Counted from the stretch's first letter, positions 18,097 to 27,974 are shown. The stretch: DNA of 64,000 nucleotides from Candidatus Latescibacterota bacterium (GCA_965203355.1 OZ241889.1:2688001-2752000), one strand, 5' to 3'. Notes: generated by a model not told the origin, from the letters alone. Numbers and translations are program-made.

Positions 18097-21030
18097 CTAT
18101 TTTAACAGGGTGAGTTGTTTGATGTCTAGGAAAGCTCCAGCGCGTAACCTGTAGAAATAGGAACCGCTGGCGACTGCATGGCCGTCGTCGTCGCGTCCGG
18201 TCCACTGAGCGCGATAGCGTCCAGCAGCGAGATGCCGGGCGACTAAGGTGCGGACCTTTTGGCCGAGCGCGTCGTAGATGCTCAACTCAACGGCGACCGG
18301 CGTCGCTAGCTGGAATTCAATCGTCGTGGCCGCATTGAAGGGATTGGGGTAGTTCGCGTCGAGGGCGAAAGCGGTTGGTGTGGTTTCTTCGACAGCGGCC
18401 ACCATCGTCGCGGAATCCATGCTGGCAATCCATGCTGCGATGAGCTCGGCTCCGCGCTCGTCGATGATGGAGGAAGCCAGCGGCGGCATGCGAAAGGTGC
18501 CCAGCGTCAGCATCCGCAGGTAGAGGGTGGAAAGCTGGGGTGCTTTAGGCGTGAGGATGCGGGCTTCTGGCTCGCCTACATCGCCCAGGGTGGGGAAAGC
18601 CCCGACCGCGTTGGTTTGCGCCAAAGGCGTGTCGTAGCGCAGGTCAATGATGGTGCGGTTGACGCTTTGGGGCCGGTGGCACGGAGCGCAGTTGACTGAG
18701 AGGTACGAGCGGGCGCGCTGCTCGAGTGGAACGCTGGGGTCGAAGGGGTTGGGCAGATGGGGCAAAGAAGACAAGTCGGCTGGCAAATTTCCAGTGAAAA
18801 GGCCCTGCTGGGCCAGGGCGTGCAACTGGTTTTGCTCGGCGCTGGTGGTGTGGAGTTGGGCCGTGTGTACGCCGAGAACATAGCCCGCGCCCTTGGTGTG
18901 GCAGACCTCGCAGTCTTGGCGCGAGGGAAAGTAGTACTTTTGCAAGAAAAAGCCCACTGGATCTTGGGGGTCGTCAATCACGTAGGTAACGGTCGTGCTG
19001 TCGGCGAGCAAGGTCGCGTCGGTGCCGGCTTCGTTCCACAGATAGCTATAACCGTCCCAGCCCGGAGCATCCACGCGCTTGATGAGCAAGCGCGTTTCGA
19101 TGATGCGCCGGCTGGCCGGATCGCCGCGCACCAAATCGAGATAAAAGTTCTTAATCAGCAGGGTTTCAGCGGGAAAGCCCCAAGGCCCGCTGCTGGCAAA
19201 GTCAATGCGTGCGCCGGGCGGCAAGCGCATGAACCGCGTCTTGGTGGCTCCATCCGACCAAAACGGCGCATTGACTTCGTAGGGCACCACGTCGGCCGCG
19301 GGCGTTTGCGTACCGAGGTGGCTGAAAACCCGTGCGTCGGCCAAGTGCGCGGGCGGGAATTCCCGAGCGGGCGGCAGGGCGACTTCCCACAGCCCGCGCT
19401 CGCCGCTCCATTCGATCACATAGAGGTGCTCGCCGATAATTTCGGCGTCAATCGGGTTGGAAAACCCGCCGACAATGCGGGTGACGCGTGCCTCGTAGCG
19501 GTCGCCGACTTTGGTTAAGTCGAGGTGCAACAGATCTTGGCTGGGGTCGTTGAACGGGCCGTTGACGCTGTCGCCGTCTGGATCGCCCCGAGTCCAACTG
19601 AGCGCGAAGCCATCGCCTTGAAATGGCTCGGCGAGGGCCTGGTCCACGTCGAACACTAATCCCAAGGGCGAGCGGTGCGCGGTGAAGGTGCCGAAGCGCA
19701 CCCCTTCTTCACTGGCATCCTTGATGCGACCGTCGGCTGGGTCGCGGTAGGCGTCGGCGTCTGGCCCGAGATTGATCACCGGATCGGTAAAATCGCGCGG
19801 GGGCGGCGGGAACGTGGGATCGTTGTGGTAATAGCCTTCGCGCACGGCCGTGGAGCGCGGCGAGAGGAGGAAATCAGTGGCTGGATCGTAGTTGGGAAAT
19901 TGCTGGGGGGTATCGTCGAATCCCATGCGCCAAGGAAAGCCGTAGTGATGCCCTGGACGCAGCCAGTTGAGTTCTTCGGCCATGTCGCGGCCCGGCCCGT
20001 TTTCCGTGGCGAAGAGGTCGCCGTTGGGCGCGAACGCGAAGTCGTAGGCGTTGCGCAAGCCCTCGGCAAAGAGGAATCCTTGGGCGCGGAGCGCGGCGCG
20101 GTCGTTGGGCAGCACCAGGTCGCGGGCATCGGTCGGAACGCGCAAAATCACGGCGGTGAGTGCGGTTTCGCGCAGCCCGGGGAAGTGCCCATTGCCGTCT
20201 TGTATTTCGCCGTGATCGGTGCGCGAGCCGCTGTTGATAAAGAGCGAGCGATTGTCCGGGCTGACGATTAGCGCGTTGACTTCGTGGTTGTAGATGCAGT
20301 CGCACCGCTCATACGGTGCGGTTTCCGCGAGCGTGAACCAAATGCGCTCGCCCCTGTTTGGATCGACTTCGCCCTTGGTGATGGTGGCGATATTGTAGAT
20401 AGACAGGTCGATGCGTTTGAGAACGTAAAAGGTGCCGTCGTCGGCGATAAACAGCGCACTCGGACGGATGAAACCGTGGTCCGCGGTCGTGTACGCCGTG
20501 CCCTCAGGCAAGCGGGTGATATCGCCGTTGTTCTCGAGGACGTAGCGATTAGCGGTCGTGGGGTCGCGGCCAAAAATGGAGGCCGCGAGGATGTCGTCGA
20601 TGGGAATGTCGGCGGGCAGATGGTCCGGGTCGAGCTGTTCCCAGCGTCGCTCGCCGGTGTCTGCGTCGAGCAAAGTGCCGCGTGCAAGGGCAAATTGGCC
20701 GCTGTTGCCGGGGCCGTGGCGATTGGAGGCTAAGTAAAACGAGCCGTCTGGCCCGATGGCAAAGCCCGTGAAGCCGCTGCCAATGCCGTGGTCGCGGTGG
20801 GAATACACTGGGACGCGCTCAGCCGCCGCTAGGTTGATGCGTTCGATCACGCCATCTTGCCGCAAGATATAGAGCGCGTCGTCGCGTGGATCCTTGGCGA
20901 TGCGGATGGTGCCTTGCGCAACGCCGAGGATGCGGCGGATTTCAATATCGTCGCGGGTCGCTTGTGGGGCTGCGTACGCGGTGGAGCAGAAGGCGGCGAG
21001 CGCGACAAGCGAGAGGCGACGGACCAGCAT
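18097..21030 (-). CDS. Secreted PQQ-type glucose/sorbosone dehydrogenase-like beta-propeller + diheme cytochrome c module + T9SS type A-like CTD
   Basis: GLRNAYDFAF, ENGP...EELN...HYGFPW propeller motifs. YEVNAPFWSDGATKTR...CEVCH...ARSYLSVNCAPCH...RMPPL diheme module. NYPNPFN...LTLLK tail. Confidence 0.85.
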   Translation of the reverse strand: MLVRRLSLVALAAFCSTAYAAPQATRDDIEIRRILGVAQGTIRIAKDPRDDALYILRQDGVIERINLAAAERVPVYSHRDHGIGSGFTGFAIGPDGSFYLASNRHGPGNSGQFALARGTLLDADTGERRWEQLDPDHLPADIPIDDILAASIFGRDPTTANRYVLENNGDITRLPEGTAYTTADHGFIRPSALFIADDGTFYVLKRIDLSIYNIATITKGEVDPNRGERIWFTLAETAPYERCDCIYNHEVNALIVSPDNRSLFINSGSRTDHGEIQDGNGHFPGLRETALTAVILRVPTDARDLVLPNDRAALRAQGFLFAEGLRNAYDFAFAPNGDLFATENGPGRDMAEELNWLRPGHHYGFPWRMGFDDTPQQFPNYDPATDFLLSPRSTAVREGYYHNDPTFPPPPRDFTDPVINLGPDADAYRDPADGRIKDASEEGVRFGTFTAHRSPLGLVFDVDQALAEPFQGDGFALSWTRGDPDGDSVNGPFNDPSQDLLHLDLTKVGDRYEARVTRIVGGFSNPIDAEIIGEHLYVIEWSGERGLWEVALPPAREFPPAHLADARVFSHLGTQTPAADVVPYEVNAPFWSDGATKTRFMRLPPGARIDFASSGPWGFPAETLLIKNFYLDLVRGDPASRRIIETRLLIKRVDAPGWDGYSYLWNEAGTDATLLADSTTVTYVIDDPQDPVGFFLQKYYFPSRQDCEVCHTKGAGYVLGVHTAQLHTTSAEQNQLHALAQQGLFTGNLPADLSSLPHLPNPFDPSVPLEQRARSYLSVNCAPCHRPQSVNRTIIDLRYDTPLAQTNAVGAFPTLGDVGEPEARILTPKAPQLSTLYLRMLTLGTFRMPPLASSIIDERGAELIAAWIASMDSATMVAAVEETTPTAFALDANYPNPFNAATTIEFQLATPVAVELSIYDALGQKVRTLVARHLAAGRYRAQWTGRDDDGHAVASGSYFYRLRAGAFLDIKQLTLLK

Positions 21031-21048
21031 GGCGTTCCTCAGCGCAAC

Positions 21049-23031
21049 TCATTTGAGCAGCGTAAGCTGGCGGGTGGCGACAAAATCATCGGCCGATAGC
21101 TGATATAGATACGCGCCACTGGCGACGGGCACGCCGCCCTCGTTGTGGCCGTCCCATTGCCGGCGGTGGTATCCGGCGGGCAGAGAGCCGCTGATAAGGG
21201 TGCGCACGTGCTGGCCGCTGATGCTGTAAATGGCCAATTCGACCTGGGCCGGCCGGGCGAGTTGGAAGGCAATGGTCGTGCTGGCGTTAAAGGGGTTGGG
21301 GAAGTTTTGCGCCAGCGCAACGGCTTCGGGTACAACGCCTTCGGCTTCGGCCACGGCCGTTTCGACTGGCGCCGGTGGCAAGGCGATTTCCCACAGGCCG
21401 CGCCCGCCGCTCCACTCAATGACGTACAGGCGATTGCCGATGATTTCCGCGTCAATGGGGTTGGAAAACCCGCCGACGATGCGGGTGACGTGCGCCTCAT
21501 AGTTGTCGCCGACTTTGGCTAAGTCGAGATGTAGCATATCCTCGCTGGGGTCGTTGAACGGGCCGGCGACGTCATCGCCGTCGGGATCGCCAGCGGTCCA
21601 ACTCAGCACGAAGCCGTCGCCCTTGAACGGCTCGGCCAAGGCGTGGCCCACGTCGAACACCAGCCCCAAGGGCGAGCGGTGCGCGGTGAAGGTGCCGAAG
21701 CGCACGCCTTCTTCACTGGCGTCCTTGATTTGGCCATCGGCTGAATCGCGGTACGCGTCGGCGTCCGGTCCGAGGTTGATCACCGGATCGGTGAAGTTGC
21801 GCGGCGGCGGCGGGAACGTGGGATCCTGGTGATAGTAGCCTTCGCGCACGGCCGTAAATCTAGCGGGGAGGAGCAAGTCGCTGGCTGGATCGTAGTCGGG
21901 AAATTGCTGGGGGGTGTCGTCGAGTCCCATGCGCCAAGGAAAACCGTAGTGATGGCCTTGGCGCAGCCAATTAAGTTCTTCGGCCATGTCGCGGTCCGGC
22001 CCGTTTTCCGTGGCGAAGAGGTCGCCGTTGGGCGCGAAGGCAAGGTCGTAGGCGTTGCGCAGCCCCTCGGCAAAGAGAAATCCCTGGGCGCGGAGCGCGT
22101 CGCGGTCGTTGGGCAACACGAGATCGCGGGCATCGGTTGGGACGCGCAAGACGATCGCGGTGAGCGCGGTTTCGCGCAGGTTGGGAAAGGCACCGCCGTT
22201 GCCGTCTTGTATTTCGCCGTGATCGGTGCGCGAGCCGCTGTTGATAAAGAGCGCGCGATTGTCGGGGCTGACGAGCAGTCCGTTGACCTGGTGGTTGAAG
22301 ATGCAGTCGCACCGCTCATAGGGTGCGGTTGCTGCGAGGGTGAACCAAGTGCGCTTCTCGCTTGTTGGATCGACCTCGCCTTTGGTGATAGTGGCGATGT
22401 TGTAGCCGGAGAGGTCAATGCGTTTGAGGACGTAAAAGGTGCCGCCGCTGTCGATAAACAGAGCACTCGGGCGGCTGAGGCCGTGATCCGCGGCTGTGTA
22501 CACCGTGCCGGCCGGCACGAGGGTAATGTCGCCATTGTTCTTGAGTGCATAGCGGGTATCGGTCGTGGGGTCGCGGCCGAGGCTGGAGGCGGCGAGGATG
22601 TCGTCGATGGGAACATCATCGGGCAAGTTGTCTGGGGCGAGTTGTTCCCATTGTCGCTCGCCGGTGTCGGCGTCGAGCAAAATGCCGCGGGCCAGGGCAA
22701 ATTGGCCGCTATCGCGCGGACCGCGGCGATTCGAGGCCAAGTAAAACGAGCCGTCCGGCCCGATGGCAAAGCCCGTGAAACCACTGCGGATGCCGTGATC
22801 CGCGTTGGAATATGCGGACGTGTGCGCGGCTGCCGCTAGGTCAATGCGATCAATAGCGCCGTTTTGCCGCAAGGTGTAGAGTGCGTTGGTACGCGGATCC
22901 TTGGCGATGCGGATCGTGCCTTGGGGGACGTTGAGGACGCGGCTGACTTCAATGTCGTCGCGGGTGGCTTGTGGGTCGGCATAGGCGGCGGAGCAAAGGG
23001 CCGCGAGTACAGCCAATGAGAAGGGGAACAT
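21049..23031 (-). CDS. Secreted sorbosone dehydrogenase-like beta-propeller + T9SS type A-like CTD (paralog without cytochrome module)
   Basis: Highly similar to the N-terminal ~555 aa of 18097..21030. NFPNPFN...LTLLK tail. No CxxCH. Confidence 0.85.
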   Translation of the reverse strand: MFPFSLAVLAALCSAAYADPQATRDDIEVSRVLNVPQGTIRIAKDPRTNALYTLRQNGAIDRIDLAAAAHTSAYSNADHGIRSGFTGFAIGPDGSFYLASNRRGPRDSGQFALARGILLDADTGERQWEQLAPDNLPDDVPIDDILAASSLGRDPTTDTRYALKNNGDITLVPAGTVYTAADHGLSRPSALFIDSGGTFYVLKRIDLSGYNIATITKGEVDPTSEKRTWFTLAATAPYERCDCIFNHQVNGLLVSPDNRALFINSGSRTDHGEIQDGNGGAFPNLRETALTAIVLRVPTDARDLVLPNDRDALRAQGFLFAEGLRNAYDLAFAPNGDLFATENGPDRDMAEELNWLRQGHHYGFPWRMGLDDTPQQFPDYDPASDLLLPARFTAVREGYYHQDPTFPPPPRNFTDPVINLGPDADAYRDSADGQIKDASEEGVRFGTFTAHRSPLGLVFDVGHALAEPFKGDGFVLSWTAGDPDGDDVAGPFNDPSEDMLHLDLAKVGDNYEAHVTRIVGGFSNPIDAEIIGNRLYVIEWSGGRGLWEIALPPAPVETAVAEAEGVVPEAVALAQNFPNPFNASTTIAFQLARPAQVELAIYSISGQHVRTLISGSLPAGYHRRQWDGHNEGGVPVASGAYLYQLSADDFVATRQLTLLK

Positions 23032-23074
23032 GGGGGCCTTTCGGAATGAAGTTAAGTAGCCTAGACCGCTTCTA

Positions 23075-23102
23075 ACAGCCGGACGTTAAAGGCGGCTTCG
23101 TT
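23075..23102 (-). repeat. Degenerate copy of the 5' end of the adjacent R-M gene
   Basis: 23/28 identity with 26167-26194, including the exact 13-mer GACGTTAAAGGCG. Translates NEAAFNVRL versus NEIAFNVAL. Confidence 0.6.
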
Positions 23103-23210
23103 TGGTTCGCAGGATGAGTGCGCCGTGTCCGGCCTTGCTGCTGGCGAGTGCCGATCCAACAAAAAGAGTCAGTAGTCTATATTGTACTATGCTCGGGCTT
23201 GATTCGCTTG

Positions 23211-23246
23211 GAACAGAATTCCGAACTTCGCTTCTGTTCATTTTTT
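23211..23246. terminator. Hairpin downstream of the R-M gene
   Basis: GAACAGAA...TTCTGTTC stem followed by ATTTTTT on the + strand. The U-tract is on the strand opposite the flanking genes, so the role is uncertain. Confidence 0.35.
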
Positions 23247-23305
23247 ATACGTTTCTCTCTCATCTAGGCTGTCGCCTTTCAACATATTCTAAGTTGCAAT
23301 GCGGC

Positions 23306-26206
23306 TTAAGAAGTGTCAATCCGCGTCTTTTTGCCGCCGTGGACGCTTGGCTCGGCGCACCATTGATCGCGCAAAAGAGCGAGCGGTTCGAGGGCTGATT
23401 CGGGCAGATGCAGCAGGTCAACCAAAACGGCGCGGTCGAGGGCTTGGCGCGCGTCGTCCCGGTATGCTTCGTTGGCTGGCAGGAACTCCTTTTCCGCAAA
23501 CCGCGCAAAGATAGATTTGGCTCGGGCAAGCTGCTCTTCGCTGAGAGTGCGCGGATCCAAGACCGTCAGACCGGGCAACTGGGTGATCGTCAGACACGCC
23601 CGGCCCTGCTGTTGTCGGGTGCCAATCCACCAAAAGGCAAGAAGCCCTAGCGTCGTGTTGGACCACAAAACGAGCGGTAGCGTCCACTCGTCTTCCGCTG
23701 GAACGAAGTTGGGCCATGCTCGGCCACCAATCGCTTTGGTTGGCGTAATGCAGGCGGTGAGACTCTGCGAGTTGATTTGAAAATCGCGATTGAAGTGCAG
23801 CCGTGATGCCGTGCGCTGCCAAACCCGGACCGCGTGCGCATCGCAGCCGGGGCGTACTTCGCCTTCGCTATCAGGCGGAACGACGAGGCTCCGTTCGCGC
23901 TTGGCGTCGTGGCCCCACAAAACCGGATATTGCGGGACGCCCTGAATGGGAATGACTTCAAAGGGACCGCGTGGCGTTCCATTACTGTTCTGCCCAGCGA
24001 TGTCGCGGTCGAGTAGCCCCTTCTCGCCAATATCTCCGAGGCAAATCGTGGAAAGCGGCGCGGTGTAACCGCGGGGCAACCGGAGCTCTTTTTCGGTTAA
24101 TCCAAGGGCGGTGTCGGCGAGCGTGGTTTCGCGGAGGGACGCGCAACCGCCTTGGCGCAAAGGAGCGCGAATGTACGTACCGATGATCGTGCGATCGCCC
24201 ACGCAAAGCCGCCCTTGCCGGGCTTGGGGAGCGATGTGACATACGGCCCGCGCTATCTCAAAGGCTTCCACGAGGCTGCTCGGCCGGTGATAAAGATTGA
24301 CGAATAGCGTTTTATCGCATCCTGCTCGTCCATCGTGTTTTTTGGTCCCCACCACCAGGGCCTCGGCCATGCCGGTATCGGCTGAAAAAGCCCGGTCGGT
24401 ATTGCCGTACCCGGCAATGGTCAGCACCGCCAAGTTTTCGTATTCGCGTTCCAACAAGCAACGGACACCCTCCCAAGCACCGCCACTCACACACGAGGCC
24501 GGCAACACCAGCGCGAGGACGCCGCTTGGCTTGGTCTTGACGTGGGCGAGGTCAATGAAATTGGACGCTAGCCCCGCGTTGCCGTGGCCGGCTGGATTGG
24601 CCAACCGCCGCCGTATCTCGGCTAGTCGCTTGGCCATGGCCTGCTGTTCGTCCCCGGTCCGGCCCAATCCGGCAAAGGAAGGAACCGGCACCTCGGTATT
24701 TTCGTGGTTGGTCGGTCGAGTAAAGGGAGGATTCATAATCACCAGATCGGCCGTTTCGCGGGGAAGGATCATGTCTTGGCTCCCCTCGGTTGTCACGTCC
24801 GCGCCCGTACCGTGCGCCGTGGTGGCACCAGTACCAAACAACGATGGCGCCGCGTCATCTTCAATCAGATCCAGGGCCCCCAACGCCATGGTATGCCGCT
24901 TTTCTTGGCTCTGCTGTCCATAGGGCAACGTATGGACGCGGGTGCGGCCAAAAGTGGTGCCCGGATGGGCACTCGACAGCATGGATGCGGTAAGGTGGGT
25001 GGCCGCTGGCATGATGTCAGCCGCGATGAGGGCGTGTTCCATCATCTGCTGGTGCAGTAGCTGATCGTCGCCGCCCGCTCGCCGATGGCGCGACGCTAGG
25101 GCGCGATAAGTCGCCGAAAGCAGAGCACCCGTGCCGCAGGCTAGGTCGGCGACTCGGAGACGGATGAAAGCGTCCGGGTTGGACCAATCCGTTGCCGCAT
25201 CCAAACGAGCCACCGCTAACTCGCCGAGCAGGGCGGCCGAGGTCGGCAGCGTATAGAACGTGGCGAGAAATTTCCGGTCGGCGATGAGCCGCTGGAACAT
25301 CCGTCCAGAAAGATCGTGCAAAGTGGTAGCCCCCAACCCGGCTAAGTCGCTGGCCGCCTGCGCGAGGCGATTGAGGACCCCATTCGCCGTACCGTCGGGA
25401 ATCGGTAGAAGCAAATCGGAGGCAATGCGAAAAATTGGATAGTAATTGATGTTATCGAGGATATGCTGCCAACATGCAAGCAACCGGCTCTTGCTGACGT
25501 CGTTGCGCCCTGGAATACGCAATTCGTCGATGGCAGCGATACCGTGCGCTTCAACAATAGCGGTGTGAAAGACGAGCGCGTTGGCGACGATGGCCATAGC
25601 CATGCGCGAGGTTTGCTCGCCGTCCTCTTGGTGGAGGAACTGCGCCATTTTCTTTAGCACGGTGGGTCCAGCCGTTTCGCGCAACGCGCCGCTGGCATCG
25701 CCAATACTCTGCTCTAGAATTTGCGTTCCCTCGGCGAGCAGCCGCTCGGACAACGAGACGTTTTCAATACAGCTAGCGAGATCGTCAATGCTGCCGGAGA
25801 GCCAGCCCTTGGCGGGCCAGCGCACGGCCCTATCCGCTGGCAACGAGTACGTGCAATAGCGGAACTCAGCCGCTTCGATCTCCCGCGCCAAATTTTCCTG
25901 CGGCACTTCGCTTAGGTCTTGCGGAATGCGGACGGCGATGGTTTGCTCAAGCTGGGTACCTGTGTGCTGCAAGAAGTTCCCCAAGCGTTTTTGGGCGTCT
26001 TCTTCGACGCTGCGTGCTGGTTCAAACTCGGTTTCGAGGACGACCGGAATGCCACCCGGAGGACGAATGACGATATCCGGCCGCAATGCCGTCTCACGGA
26101 CGACGTCCTGTTGCTCTGCACTGGTGCGGTCGCGCCAGCGCGGGTGCTTGGTCCGCAGCACGTTCGACAGTGCGACGTTAAAGGCGATTTCGTTGGTGCG
26201 GGGCAT
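23306..26206 (-). CDS. Fused restriction-modification enzyme (Type IIG/IIL-like): nuclease + N6-adenine methyltransferase + target recognition domain
   Basis: N-terminal RPDIVI...VVLETE nuclease-like motif. TFYT, motif I ADLACGTG and motif IV IMNPPF in gamma order. Long C-terminal region. Confidence 0.85.
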   Translation of the reverse strand: MPRTNEIAFNVALSNVLRTKHPRWRDRTSAEQQDVVRETALRPDIVIRPPGGIPVVLETEFEPARSVEEDAQKRLGNFLQHTGTQLEQTIAVRIPQDLSEVPQENLAREIEAAEFRYCTYSLPADRAVRWPAKGWLSGSIDDLASCIENVSLSERLLAEGTQILEQSIGDASGALRETAGPTVLKKMAQFLHQEDGEQTSRMAMAIVANALVFHTAIVEAHGIAAIDELRIPGRNDVSKSRLLACWQHILDNINYYPIFRIASDLLLPIPDGTANGVLNRLAQAASDLAGLGATTLHDLSGRMFQRLIADRKFLATFYTLPTSAALLGELAVARLDAATDWSNPDAFIRLRVADLACGTGALLSATYRALASRHRRAGGDDQLLHQQMMEHALIAADIMPAATHLTASMLSSAHPGTTFGRTRVHTLPYGQQSQEKRHTMALGALDLIEDDAAPSLFGTGATTAHGTGADVTTEGSQDMILPRETADLVIMNPPFTRPTNHENTEVPVPSFAGLGRTGDEQQAMAKRLAEIRRRLANPAGHGNAGLASNFIDLAHVKTKPSGVLALVLPASCVSGGAWEGVRCLLEREYENLAVLTIAGYGNTDRAFSADTGMAEALVVGTKKHDGRAGCDKTLFVNLYHRPSSLVEAFEIARAVCHIAPQARQGRLCVGDRTIIGTYIRAPLRQGGCASLRETTLADTALGLTEKELRLPRGYTAPLSTICLGDIGEKGLLDRDIAGQNSNGTPRGPFEVIPIQGVPQYPVLWGHDAKRERSLVVPPDSEGEVRPGCDAHAVRVWQRTASRLHFNRDFQINSQSLTACITPTKAIGGRAWPNFVPAEDEWTLPLVLWSNTTLGLLAFWWIGTRQQQGRACLTITQLPGLTVLDPRTLSEEQLARAKSIFARFAEKEFLPANEAYRDDARQALDRAVLVDLLHLPESALEPLALLRDQWCAEPSVHGGKKTRIDTS

Positions 26207-26603
26207 GGGAAGTTTCGGAAGGCTTCTCAGTGGATAGTTCGTTTGTCAAGGCTGCAAGCGTTAGTGGTTGCCTGACAAATGTTGCGATATTAGTTCCTTT
26301 ATACCGTTCGTTTTCAGTGCTGTACTTAGGTCTTACTGATTGTTTTTCGAGCCTTTTATTCCGCTTTTCGTTCTTGATTAAGCGTTGCGCTATCTACGGT
26401 GCGTTTGAATCTGGTGCAACCCCAACGCGGACGACGAGATTTCAGAAAGCCATAAAGCGTATACAAGAGTAGGTCTTATCGTCAGATTGCCTGATTCTAG
26501 TACTGCTTCCCGTATGGAGCCAATCTTTTTGAAGCGAAATTTGGCAGGTGCCATCGCAGGTTTCCTTTAGTAGATAGCCCGTCAACTTGTCGCTCGCTTG
26601 GTA

Positions 26604-27974
26604 CTAAAGCCGGTCGCCAAAGAGGGTGTGCGATGTGGTGCGGGCGATGCGGACGGAGGCGAACTCGTTGCTCGTTGCTCGTTGTGGGAAAATAGCTGTC
26701 TTGCCCTGCGGGGTGCGGCCGTAGTAACGGGGTTGGCCATCGGCGGCGGGCCGCTTGGAGAGGCCCTCGACGAGGACTTCGACCGTGCGGCCAACTTGCC
26801 GCTGATTGATCTGGCGCGAAATCCCCTCTTGCAGGGCGATGATGTGCTGGAGACGCTCGCCCTTGACGGCTTCGGGGACCTCGTCGGGCAACTTCTTGTG
26901 GGCGTACGTGCCTTCGCGCTCCGAGTACTTAAACATGAAAGCCGAATCGTAGCGGATCTCGGCCATTAGGTCGCAGGTTTGGCGGAAGTCCGCGTCGGTC
27001 TCGCCGCAAAAGCCGGTGATAATGTCGGTCGTCAGAGCGAGGTCGGGCAGGGCGGTGCGCAGCTTGTACACGAGCTGTCGGTATTGATCGACGGTGTACC
27101 CGCGACGCATGCGGGCGAGTTGCTCATCCGAGCCGCTCTGCACGGGCAGGTGCAGGCTCGGGCACACCGGACCGACCTCGGCCATAGCGTCGATCACGCG
27201 GTCGGTAAAGTCAACCGGATAGGGCGAGGTGAAGCGCACCCGCTCAATGCCCTCGACTTGGCTGACTTGCCGCAAGAGATCGGCGAAATCCACGTTGCCC
27301 GTGCGGTAGGAATTAACGGTCTGACCGAGTAAGGTGACTTCCTTGAACCCCTCGGCAGCAAGGTGTTGGACTTGACGAACTATATCGTCGGCGGGTACGC
27401 TGCGCTCCCGGCCGCGCACAAAGGGCACAATGCAGAACGTGCAGAACTTGTCGCACCCGCGGATGATGGTCACCCACGCATTGGTGCCGGTTGTGCGCTG
27501 GGGATGGACGCCGCTGTAGTTCTCCGAGCGGTCGAGCCGCACGTCTAAGAGCGCGTCGTCGCTCGATTGGGCGAGCAGTTGGGGCAGGCGGCGGTAGGAA
27601 TCCGGCCCCATGACCAAATCGACAAAAGGAGCGCGGTCCGGCAGGGTTTTGCTCAGGTGTTGGGCCATGCAGCCGAGGATGCCCAAGGTGAGGTTGGGCC
27701 GGTGGGCGCGGAGGCCGTTGAGCTGGCTGACGCGGCCAATGACCCGCTCCTCGGCGTGTTCGCGCACCGCACAGGTATTGAGCAGGATGATGTCGGCCTG
27801 TTCGGCTTGTTCGGTAATCTGAAACCCGGCGTCGGTGAGGATGCTGGCCACCAACTCGCTGTCAGCCACGTTCATCTGGCAGCCATAGGTCTCGATGTAC
27901 ACGCGTCGGCCCGCCGGACCAGGGCGCGTTGCCACGGGCTGGTATTCGGTCGTATCGAGGAGAGGCAAGTTCAT
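26604..27974 (-). CDS. miaB: tRNA-i6A37 methylthiotransferase
   Basis: IETYGCQMNVADSE, NTCAVRE, CDKFCTFC radical SAM motif, RFTSPYP, C-terminal TRAM domain. Confidence 0.95.
   Translation of the reverse strand: MNLPLLDTTEYQPVATRPGPAGRRVYIETYGCQMNVADSELVASILTDAGFQITEQAEQADIILLNTCAVREHAEERVIGRVSQLNGLRAHRPNLTLGILGCMAQHLSKTLPDRAPFVDLVMGPDSYRRLPQLLAQSSDDALLDVRLDRSENYSGVHPQRTTGTNAWVTIIRGCDKFCTFCIVPFVRGRERSVPADDIVRQVQHLAAEGFKEVTLLGQTVNSYRTGNVDFADLLRQVSQVEGIERVRFTSPYPVDFTDRVIDAMAEVGPVCPSLHLPVQSGSDEQLARMRRGYTVDQYRQLVYKLRTALPDLALTTDIITGFCGETDADFRQTCDLMAEIRYDSAFMFKYSEREGTYAHKKLPDEVPEAVKGERLQHIIALQEGISRQINQRQVGRTVEVLVEGLSKRPAADGQPRYYGRTPQGKTAIFPQRATSNEFASVRIARTTSHTLFGDRL

Noticed and set aside
18097-23031. 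Near-identical regions as DGR template/variable repeats
   Set aside because: Both copies are long and coding, differences are not restricted to adenines, and no reverse transcriptase is present.
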